Positions 1-7,888 of a stretch of 64,000 nt of DNA are shown in pieces. Each line of letters starts with the position of its first letter. Position 1 is the first letter of the stretch. The notes under the pieces were generated by a model. It ran no database searches. It worked only from the letters and a program-made list of their open reading frames with translations, and was not told the origin of the DNA. A program made the translations under genes and the position numbers. The DNA comes from a virus (lineage: Duplodnaviria; Caudoviricetes): IMG/VR virus record IMGVR_UViG_3300021511_000252, positions 1 to 64,000 of that record. One strand, written 5' to 3'.

Positions 1-141
1 CCTGCGTCGCTTGCGGTTATCTGCCAGCCATTCTCTGAGTTTTCTGCGAGACCTACCTCTAATCCAGTCCCAGATTTTGACTAAGTTGATACTGAGGTTA
101 TATTCAGATGGTTTGTGTCGTAGATATTCCAAAAGCTTCAC
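1..141 (-). CDS. hypothetical protein, 5' part only (runs off window)
   Basis: GTG at 141 overlaps the lysozyme TGA (GTGA). Frame stays open to the window edge: MKLLEYLRHKPSEYNLSINLVKIWDWIRGRSRRK... Confidence 0.5.
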   Translation of the reverse strand, partial: MKLLEYLRHKPSEYNLSINLVKIWDWIRGRSRRKLREWLADNRKRRR

Positions 142-554
142 CCCTCAATCATTAACATAGCTAACTCGGTCATCCTTGCGCGATAGTTGCGCCCCGCTTG
201 GGAGTCTAACATCTCATCAGCAGCTTTTTGCCAGTCTGACTTTTCAATCGCTGTAATCATTTTTTTGAACTTCAAAAAACCTTTCAACCCGAGCCAGAAG
301 ATCATCTCCCGGCAAACATCTTGCCTAACCTGTGATAGATGATCCCAGCCTAAAGACAAGTATTCAAAAGTTGCTTTGTGGATATCTTCATCTAAAATGA
401 GGTCCGCTACTTCCCGAGAAATCCGACAACCACCAGAACCCACAAAGTGGCCAAATCCAATTGTATAATGACCAGCAGGACATTTATAAATTTCAGACCG
501 GAAACCTTCGTGATCTTTTAATCTCTCTTTAAGATCTGCCCTATCCTTCTGCAA
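138..554 (-). CDS. phage endolysin, T4-lysozyme-like (GH24-type)
   Basis: Catalytic pattern HEGFRSEIYKCPAGHYTIGFGH (E-x8-C/D-x5-T) and C-terminal DWQKAADEMLDS...RM motif. Confidence 0.92.
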   Translation of the reverse strand: MQKDRADLKERLKDHEGFRSEIYKCPAGHYTIGFGHFVGSGGCRISREVADLILDEDIHKATFEYLSLGWDHLSQVRQDVCREMIFWLGLKGFLKFKKMITAIEKSDWQKAADEMLDSQAGRNYRARMTELAMLMIEG

Positions 555-909
555 AAGCTTCTCCTATCACCCTCAACAAATCAGCCGAATCCACGGGTTT
601 TGCGAGGCAGGCTGTAAATCCATTTTGAAACCCATAGTCCGGCTCAAACATCTCAAAATTCCCGCTCATGCAAACCACCTTGGTTGCAGGCTCAATGGCT
701 ACGAGTTGTTTACAAATCTTGTTCCCTGGCAGGCTATTCGGCCCCAGATGCAGATCCATAATTACAACTTTTGGCCGAAACTCGTGAAACAGGTCAAAAG
801 TCTCTGTATCACAAGATGCTAACAAAACTTCGTACCCGGCTTTTTCAAGAATTTGTTTATAGATATCTCGTTGATCTTTAAGATCTTCAACCACCATTAC
901 CGTTTTCAT
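541..909 (-). CDS. stand-alone response-regulator receiver (CheY-like), 122 aa
   Basis: VVED acidic pocket, VVIMD phosphoacceptor, CMSG (conserved S/T), LAKPV. Start set at ATG 909, which forms a TAATG overlap with the upstream stop. Confidence 0.9.
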   Translation of the reverse strand: MKTVMVVEDLKDQRDIYKQILEKAGYEVLLASCDTETFDLFHEFRPKVVIMDLHLGPNSLPGNKICKQLVAIEPATKVVCMSGNFEMFEPDYGFQNGFTACLAKPVDSADLLRVIGEAFAEG

Positions 910-1127
910 TATTCTACGCTCCTGGCGAGCCATACCAGCAATGCCACACAAATAGGAATCATCCCGCCTATGACACCCCACATGCCCGATTTCACCTTCA
1001 GCCCCACAATGTCTTTACCTATCTTAACGATTTCTTTACTTAGTCCATCGTAACAGTCGTTCAGCCTTTCCAATTCTTTTAATACATACTTGGACCAGCT
1101 TTCCCAATCATCATTATTGCCTGTCAT
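909..1127 (-). CDS. holin-like / XhlA-like small membrane protein
   Basis: 72 aa: N-terminal coiled coil plus C-terminal TM helix GMWGVIGGMIPICVALLVWL; lies upstream of the lysozyme. Confidence 0.6.
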   Translation of the reverse strand: MTGNNDDWESWSKYVLKELERLNDCYDGLSKEIVKIGKDIVGLKVKSGMWGVIGGMIPICVALLVWLARSVE

Positions 1128-1534
1128 GATTGCACCCCCTCCGGGGCGTCCGGCCAGCCCTCAGCTTGTGGGATTGTTATCGCTAAAAACCAACAGTCAC
1201 CGTCTGGAAATGATCCCGAGTGCTCAACATTAGGATCAATTTTCAGGCAATCGCCAACATTGAGAACGTGGGTTTCCCCCTCAACAGCCATTTCCATCGT
1301 GCCGTTGTAGACCAAAAAAAATTCTGTTTCGTTGTGAGAGTGCGCAGGAAACACAGACTTGGATGACGCAAATACTTTTGCGCAACTTACGGCGGGTTCA
1401 TTTAGCAAGCCAAATGCCAGCGATGTGCCACGTATCATTGTATTTTGCCGGATATTTGGTGAGTATGTTTTTTGGGAACTAAACGATAATTTATCTGTCA
1501 ACTCCCGCAATTCCGGTATAAATGGGCTTGTCAT
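1124..1534 (-). CDS. cupin-domain protein
   Basis: Cupin motifs FPAHSHNETEFFLVYNG and GDCLKIDPNVEHS. Start ATG 1534 follows a GGAG RBS. Confidence 0.85.
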   Translation of the reverse strand: MTSPFIPELRELTDKLSFSSQKTYSPNIRQNTMIRGTSLAFGLLNEPAVSCAKVFASSKSVFPAHSHNETEFFLVYNGTMEMAVEGETHVLNVGDCLKIDPNVEHSGSFPDGDCWFLAITIPQAEGWPDAPEGVQS

Positions 1535-1721
1535 AACACACTCCATTTTGCGCCTCTATCTGTTTAATTATAGCTTCCAGTTTCTCTACTCGTTCTTCTA
1601 ACTCTCGAACTCGTCTCGGTATTGGATCAGTTAATAACCCACCAAAATGAGGTCTGGGCGTTCCATTAGGGTTAAAGCTCTTGATTGTCTTTTTCATTTT
1701 GTCGTTTGGGTCATCGGTCAT
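1491..1721 (-). CDS. hypothetical coiled-coil protein
   Basis: ATGA overlap with upstream ORF; heptad stretch VRELEERVEKLEAIIKQIE. Confidence 0.55.
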   Translation of the reverse strand: MTDDPNDKMKKTIKSFNPNGTPRPHFGGLLTDPIPRRVRELEERVEKLEAIIKQIEAQNGVCYDKPIYTGIAGVDR

Positions 1722-1858
1722 TTCCCCATCACCTTTCCAACAAACCACTGCCCGAGTTCAACCACCTTCAGTATGACAAACACAAAAGGCGCAACTATAA
1801 CGCCTACACACGTCATTACTATTGTCTTTAGGATTGCATTATCTGGATTGTTGCTCAT
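1718..1858 (-). CDS. small single-TM protein, 46 aa (not in ORF track)
   Basis: AGGAGA RBS; MSNNPDNAILKTIVMTCVGVIVAPFVFVILKVVELGQWFVGKVMGK. Confidence 0.6.
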   Translation of the reverse strand: MSNNPDNAILKTIVMTCVGVIVAPFVFVILKVVELGQWFVGKVMGK

Positions 1859-1997
1859 TCTCCTAACTTCCTCCAACTTCTCAAACACAACCTGATCGTC
1901 AATTACTGATGTACACTCACCGTGGAATATTCTGTTCAGGATCTCCCTGATTGTCTAGGTACGAGACGATTCTAACAACTAGTTGCGAAATGTAGCT

Positions 1998-2147
1998 TTA
2001 ATAGAACTGTAAACATCCCTGTGGTCCAGGTTTTATAGGCCAATCAGAATAACCTTTGGGACATCCAGATAATAAGAACAATATGTTACATACGAACAAA
2101 ATAAATATTATCTTTAAGACTATCTGTTTTCCATAGTGATACACCAT
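1998..2147 (-). CDS. small predicted lipoprotein
   Basis: AGGGG RBS, hydrophobic leader, lipobox LLSG-C, 21-aa Pro-rich mature part; overlaps the 3' end of the upstream gene in another frame. Confidence 0.45.
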   Translation of the reverse strand: MVYHYGKQIVLKIIFILFVCNILFLLSGCPKGYSDWPIKPGPQGCLQFY

Positions 2148-2565
2148 CAAAAACACCCCTATCACTAGACTGTGGTTCAAGAAACATAATGCCATTATCT
2201 GATGTCATTATTATATTAATAGCATGTTTCATCGTTTTACCTTGAAACTTAGTTCCCCATACTTGACCAAACGACCAAGGAAACCATTCTTCTTTCGAGA
2301 TTTCACGCTTTTCAATCTGCCTATATCTTTCCTGAACAACAAAAGCATGAACAACAAGCGAAAAATCATCACAATCAAAAACTTGTACTTTATATTTATA
2401 ATTTTCAAAAAACGTGTTTATTACTAATGATTCGACATCAGATTTTTTAGGCATCCAATAATTTATATCAGGAATGGCTAAGTTAGTAGCATTAGGAAGT
2501 CCATCAACAAGCTCAGGCCATTTAGTTTGTAATTGTCCAATAATCTCTAATCTTGTGATTTTCAT
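2086..2565 (-). CDS. papain/transglutaminase-like cysteine protease (agglutinin C-terminal-like)
   Basis: FDCDDF (Cys), HAINI (His), FLEPQ (acidic) motifs in order. Confidence 0.7.
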   Translation of the reverse strand: MKITRLEIIGQLQTKWPELVDGLPNATNLAIPDINYWMPKKSDVESLVINTFFENYKYKVQVFDCDDFSLVVHAFVVQERYRQIEKREISKEEWFPWSFGQVWGTKFQGKTMKHAINIIMTSDNGIMFLEPQSSDRGVFDGVSLWKTDSLKDNIYFVRM

Positions 2566-2605
2566 ACCGATCTTCCCATCCTTGAAGTCATAATAATTTT
2601 CTCCA

Positions 2606-5152
2606 TTATTTACTCAGTGCTTTCAACCAAGCTGGTTTAGTAGTTTCATAATCTTTGACTGCCGCTGCTTCTGCCTGTTCGTCTGATGGCACTGTTTTAA
2701 GATAGAATTTGCCTGTGGTCCTGTCCATCCTGGCATTGTGTTTTAGCCTGGGTTTTTGAACTGTGATCTTGTTATAGACAGGCTTATCAAAGGATTCGAC
2801 TTCTCCATCCCTGATCTGATATTCTTTGGTTACACCTGTCTTTAAATCTTGGTAGTATTTCTCATCCTGAGTATAATACCCTTGTTTAATCTGAGTTTTA
2901 GGTTTAGTGGTTTCGACCTCTTTCTTTTGGTACCACTTGCCATCGTTTTTGTTGAAAAATACTCCTGGCTTACGTTGAGTAACTTGGATAATCTTAGTTC
3001 CGTATATAGGTTCGGTTGTAGATGTAACATTACCTTCGTCATCAACCGAATAAACAGTTTTTTCTGAGATGATATTGGTTTTATCTTCCACCTCTTTGTC
3101 TATCGTTTCATTGATATCTTTAAACGCTATTTCGACCTCTTGTATTTCGGTTACGGGTTCCTGGATGATTTCAGTTGCCTGCTCTTTGGTAACTTCTTTG
3201 GCCTTTTGGTCTACCTGAACATCAACTGATTCAAAGGCTTGCTCTTTAGTACATTCTTGCTCTGTAGTGTTGTCCATAATCCAGACTCGTTTCCACAAAG
3301 CTCTGTAGTGTGCATCCGCTTCAGCAGGGGTTAAGATAGATGTATAATACCACTGACGTAAAAGCTCCATGAGATACAATGAGATTTTCATGTAATCTAC
3401 ACCTATGGGCTTTTCATCCATATAGACGACCAAATCAGTCAACCCAGCCTCATCTAATGACTCTGCAATCATGCCGAATTGGCGTTGGCCGCTTATGTTA
3501 TCAGTGTAAAGGACTGGCATTACATCAAGAATTTTAGCGGCTTCTATCCCCGACGGCGTTATATCATGTTTATTCCTAATAGTTGACGTCTCGGCATAGA
3601 TCTCTTTGGTAGAAGTATTATATTCCACAACTAAACCGGACGCTGATTGCTGAAGAAGATTAGCCATAAAAATCCCACCATCTTGTTCTATTTTAAAATC
3701 TACAACCGCAGAACCTGAACCATAATCAGCTATGCTAAATGATCCATCAGCATAATACACATACATCACCCACTTGTCTGCATTGTCATCCCCATCATCA
3801 GCCCAGAGATTAATTAATCCACTGGCTCCTTCTGCTCCACTGACTGTCAGCGTGCCGCTTGGATTCGTAGTCCCGATGCCAACGTTACCGCCTTCTTCCA
3901 CATACACTCTTGAAATGCTACCGTCTATTAAGTTCAATAAATCTTCAGAGCCAGAACCTACAACATCAAGCATTGTAGTAGGCTTATGACTTCCGCCTCC
4001 TGCCGCGTCTATCGTATCAGTACCACCAATTTTTGTCATTCCGTTATACCAAGTAGTCAATTTAGCATCGTGTTCACTGGTAAACGCAACAATAGGGACG
4101 GTACTTAATGGGGTTGTTCCGTCTCTTTGGACACCCTCAAAGAGGAGTGCTGGGTAATAATCCCCATTATACGTTGCGTCTGCTACCTTTCCATAATATT
4201 TCATTGCATATCTAGAATCGTCCCCATTATATCCTGTAAGATGAGGTATAAGAGCACCCGCTAATGAAGAAATATTGCCGAATGATACATAACTATTCGT
4301 AGCGTCGCTCACTCTAAACTTCGCAATAGTTTCTGGACCTGATATTGCTGGAGCAACTACATCAAGTGAAGTTGTGGGGGCCGTCGTTCCGATGCCGACG
4401 TTGCCAGCAAAATAACTGTCAGCGTCATCTGCTGAATAAAAAGCCCATTCATTTGTAACTGTACCACCCGTAGCTGGTGCGCCAAGATAGACTCCGTAAC
4501 TATTTGTAATTGTTCCAGCACGATGGTAGGGCAAAAATTTGACTCCGTATATTGCATCAGTCGTTCCTGTATCTCCTGTATTATGACCGAATGAAACACT
4601 GATTCCTCCTAAATCACTCAAATTACCAACCCCGCCGAAAATAGTAGTACTTAAACCCCTAAAATATCCCGAGTTTTTTTGCCCTGAAACACCTTCATGG
4701 GTTGCAGTGACATCTATTCCCTTATAATATGACGTGTTTGATGTTGTTATAGTAGGGTCATAATCTACAAATATTCCGTATGCTCCTGAATCATCTGATG
4801 GGGCATAAACAACCTTCAATTTATCGTTGTGTGGATTCATAGTCCCGATGCCGACGTTGCCAGTATCCCCCTCAACTAAAAAATTACCAACTATGAAATC
4901 ATCACCCGCATCACTACCTAAACTGACAGTCACACTGGTTCCGTCTGTACTCAATGGACTATCCCCGAGCCCTGCACCTGCGGTTTGCATATAAGGAATG
5001 TTACCATCTGTTACTCCAGTAAGATCCAACCCTACTGAAGAAATCATATCTGCTGTAATCCCCTCTATCACTCTGTCCCCATCAGCAGCTAACCCAGGAC
5101 TTGTCATTAGGCATAAAATTAAAAATACAGAAAAGATGATTCGTTTTATCAT
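2606..5152 (-). CDS. tail-fibre-like protein with peptidase S74-type intramolecular chaperone and N-terminal signal peptide
   Basis: Three GNVGIGT repeats; TS-TIRNKHDI cleavage/chaperone motif followed by QFGMIAE and GVDY; leader MIKRIIFSVFLILCLMTSPGLA; charged C-terminal extension. Confidence 0.8.
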   Translation of the reverse strand: MIKRIIFSVFLILCLMTSPGLAADGDRVIEGITADMISSVGLDLTGVTDGNIPYMQTAGAGLGDSPLSTDGTSVTVSLGSDAGDDFIVGNFLVEGDTGNVGIGTMNPHNDKLKVVYAPSDDSGAYGIFVDYDPTITTSNTSYYKGIDVTATHEGVSGQKNSGYFRGLSTTIFGGVGNLSDLGGISVSFGHNTGDTGTTDAIYGVKFLPYHRAGTITNSYGVYLGAPATGGTVTNEWAFYSADDADSYFAGNVGIGTTAPTTSLDVVAPAISGPETIAKFRVSDATNSYVSFGNISSLAGALIPHLTGYNGDDSRYAMKYYGKVADATYNGDYYPALLFEGVQRDGTTPLSTVPIVAFTSEHDAKLTTWYNGMTKIGGTDTIDAAGGGSHKPTTMLDVVGSGSEDLLNLIDGSISRVYVEEGGNVGIGTTNPSGTLTVSGAEGASGLINLWADDGDDNADKWVMYVYYADGSFSIADYGSGSAVVDFKIEQDGGIFMANLLQQSASGLVVEYNTSTKEIYAETSTIRNKHDITPSGIEAAKILDVMPVLYTDNISGQRQFGMIAESLDEAGLTDLVVYMDEKPIGVDYMKISLYLMELLRQWYYTSILTPAEADAHYRALWKRVWIMDNTTEQECTKEQAFESVDVQVDQKAKEVTKEQATEIIQEPVTEIQEVEIAFKDINETIDKEVEDKTNIISEKTVYSVDDEGNVTSTTEPIYGTKIIQVTQRKPGVFFNKNDGKWYQKKEVETTKPKTQIKQGYYTQDEKYYQDLKTGVTKEYQIRDGEVESFDKPVYNKITVQKPRLKHNARMDRTTGKFYLKTVPSDEQAEAAAVKDYETTKPAWLKALSK

Positions 5153-5166
5153 TTTGAATTACCTCC

Positions 5167-5667
5167 TTATGGTCTACTCGACGCTTCTACAAGATTAGTG
5201 CCATCATGCATCAGAATGGCACGGTCTACGGTATCGTCCAGAGATATATCTTCCCTAATACTTAGATTCCCTGTACCATTTTTCAGGACCACAGTTCGAG
5301 TAGCATTAGCGGCTGATAGCATTACTTGTTCACCTTCTGATAATCCATTTATTGTATCTAAGTCATCAGAGGCAGCCGCCCCTTCAGTATCAATCTTATA
5401 CCAACAACCAGGAAGAACAGTAATAATTCCTCCAGAAATCGTTACAGATTCCGCAGTTCCCCATTCCCCTCCTCCACCACTGCTACTGCCCCCTCCTATA
5501 GTTATCCAAGTTCCTAATCCAATATGGATATAGGCAATTTCTGAGGAGGTATTAATCCAAATTGTTCCTACTGGATAAGCAGAATCAGAAGCTATAGGAG
5601 ATACCGTCTTTGATATATACTGGACACTATCTCCAGGACTAGGAATGTGCCTTATTCCTTTCTCCAT
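5167..5667 (-). CDS. probable virion structural protein
   Basis: Beta-rich, Gly/Ser linker GGGSSSGGGG; lies between portal and fibre genes. Confidence 0.55.
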   Translation of the reverse strand: MEKGIRHIPSPGDSVQYISKTVSPIASDSAYPVGTIWINTSSEIAYIHIGLGTWITIGGGSSSGGGGEWGTAESVTISGGIITVLPGCWYKIDTEGAAASDDLDTINGLSEGEQVMLSAANATRTVVLKNGTGNLSIREDISLDDTVDRAILMHDGTNLVEASSRP

Positions 5668-5681
5668 TTTTCTATCCCTCC

Positions 5682-6095
5682 TTATCCGGTATATCTAGCG
5701 AATTTTTTATTAATATCTGTAACAATTTTTACCGTTACAATTCCAGTAGCCCTTACGAGATCATTATTTGTGATAACCGCATATAGCTTACTTTCTGCAG
5801 GAGAATCATTATTTACCCATCCTTGCAGAAGATTGTTATCACTTCTGTATTTGCTAATATCTGTTACGCGATAAATTTCATCTACAGAATCAGCTTGTCC
5901 GTTAGACTTCGTCCTTAATGAAATATCAAAGTCTGTAGAATCACAAGCAACACTTACACCTCTTATCAAACCATTAAGAACTTTCTGGCCTAAACCAGAT
6001 TCAAAATCAAGAGCTCCCCCTCCTGTAGAATCCGCTGCGATAGAAGAAAATGTAAACTCTTGTATTGCAGTACGCTCGTAAATCCGAATTGTCAT
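5682..6095 (-). CDS. probable virion structural protein
   Basis: GGGGG RBS; 137 aa beta-rich ORF directly after the portal. Confidence 0.55.
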   Translation of the reverse strand: MTIRIYERTAIQEFTFSSIAADSTGGGALDFESGLGQKVLNGLIRGVSVACDSTDFDISLRTKSNGQADSVDEIYRVTDISKYRSDNNLLQGWVNNDSPAESKLYAVITNNDLVRATGIVTVKIVTDINKKFARYTG

Positions 6096-6144
6096 TTTTA
6101 CCCCCCTTTTTATTTACCAGTAATAATTATTATTTCCCATCTTG

Positions 6145-7884
6145 TTAATTTTCTTTAGTATTATGGGCCGGATTTCTCTTTCGATCTGCCCTCTTGGAAG
6201 TAGGATTTGTTCTTCTGCGATTCTGTTGTTGATTAACACTTGTTTTCCTCGTTTTTTTTCGTCCTGCAATACCCTTAGCTTTTGTGTTAGGCGAGCCTTC
6301 GGGGTCATCCTGAGAGCTCCCAGAGGGGGGGTTTGTGGTTTGTTTGCTTTGCATAATCATTTCTTTTACCTCTTCTTGCTCCATTCCTGTCGCATCTTTG
6401 AAAGTTTCTAAAGGAACTTCTAATATATCCGCCATCTTTTCAAGAGAAGGAAGTAAATTAGGAGCTATTCCCATCTGGATAAAAGTGTCTATGTTTCGAA
6501 GCATTTCTACAAAAATTTCCTTAACAGCGATTTTTCTTTCAAATGAAAGAGGGTCTAATTTTATATGTGCTTCTTTTTGTTTTTCTGGAGGAAAATTCGC
6601 TTCTACAAAAGGCTTAATAATCTGGCCATTTACAGAATCTTCTAAATCTACAATTAAGCCCTTCTCTGTCATTAAAAACATATCTGCCGAAAGAGAATTA
6701 GAGCCCGAACCTCCTTTTTCGTCAGAAGAAATAATCCCTTCAGAAATAAATAAAGCCCTCAGACATTTTGCATCTAAATTGTTGAGAGCTTCTGAAAACA
6801 TTATTGCACGTCCATCATCTGAGAAAGTATCTAACTTCCACATGTTTTCTCTTCCTTCTTTGTTCGCCGAGTAAGGAAGAACAGCTACACTATTAGAAAT
6901 TAAAGAAGTTGCTACTCTTAGGGCAAGTTCTAAATTATCAATTTCTGCCCCTCCAGAATCTTGACTCTTACCGGGAGGAGCAGTTGCTACAGTAGGGGGA
7001 GTTCCTCTTCTTTCAAAATATTGCATCATAAATTGAAGAAGAAGACTTTGATAATACCAAACAGGATAAGCATTCTTTAGACGAGATACTCCGAAAGGAT
7101 TTCCGAATTCTTCATCGTTAGTAAATAAGAAACATTTTCGAATCGGAAGAGAAATTTCATCAGCAGCAGAAATTCCCCCTTCTTGTATAATTTCTATAAG
7201 GTTTTGATGTTCATCGAATTTCATCTTTATAGATTCAGGATGATGAGGTTTAATTTTCTTAAAATAAACAATATCCCCTTTGTAGAAAACAGTTTCTTTC
7301 CCATCTTTATCTGTCTCTGAAATTTTAACATTATTTCTTTCCCAAACCTTTTCATGACTAGCGAATCCATAATCTACAGCCATAAGGGAAGTCTTGACTA
7401 ATTTCTTCCAAATCTTTTTTATCATCCACTCTACAGTTTTTCGAATATCTTCATTATCACATTCTATTCTCCAAGGTAAAGATATAATTGGCATCTTGAT
7501 TATAGAAAGGCCTATAGCTAATTGATAATTTCTTCTCATTAAAGTGAAAGTATCAACATCTATAGTTTCCGGATTAACTTCTGCTGGATTATATTTACCA
7601 GGAGAAGAAAATAAAGGGTTCCTATAAGAAGTCACTTCCTTAAAAGAAATAGGTTCTTTCCCTTCTTTATTATATCCCCCTCTTTCTTTCTTATTCTTAC
7701 TTATAGGAACAACTTTAGCTCTTTCTTGAAGAAAACTAGCAAATTCCTGCCTTAAACCTTCGTCAAAATGATTCATAATCGCCTTAACTATAGGATCTTC
7801 AAGGCTAGGAACTCTTTTCTTAAATTTAGGAACTTTAGAAGAAACTACTCTAGTTTTCTTTCTCTTTAAAGCTTTTGCGGGCAT
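6145..7884 (-). CDS. portal protein (DUF935 / Mu gp29-like)
   Basis: GYASHEKVWE-like GFASHEKVWE, NPFGVSRLKNAYPVWYYQ, FERRGTPPTVA motifs; follows the terminase. Confidence 0.85.
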   Translation of the reverse strand: MPAKALKRKKTRVVSSKVPKFKKRVPSLEDPIVKAIMNHFDEGLRQEFASFLQERAKVVPISKNKKERGGYNKEGKEPISFKEVTSYRNPLFSSPGKYNPAEVNPETIDVDTFTLMRRNYQLAIGLSIIKMPIISLPWRIECDNEDIRKTVEWMIKKIWKKLVKTSLMAVDYGFASHEKVWERNNVKISETDKDGKETVFYKGDIVYFKKIKPHHPESIKMKFDEHQNLIEIIQEGGISAADEISLPIRKCFLFTNDEEFGNPFGVSRLKNAYPVWYYQSLLLQFMMQYFERRGTPPTVATAPPGKSQDSGGAEIDNLELALRVATSLISNSVAVLPYSANKEGRENMWKLDTFSDDGRAIMFSEALNNLDAKCLRALFISEGIISSDEKGGSGSNSLSADMFLMTEKGLIVDLEDSVNGQIIKPFVEANFPPEKQKEAHIKLDPLSFERKIAVKEIFVEMLRNIDTFIQMGIAPNLLPSLEKMADILEVPLETFKDATGMEQEEVKEMIMQSKQTTNPPSGSSQDDPEGSPNTKAKGIAGRKKTRKTSVNQQQNRRRTNPTSKRADRKRNPAHNTKEN

Positions 7885-7888
7885 AATC

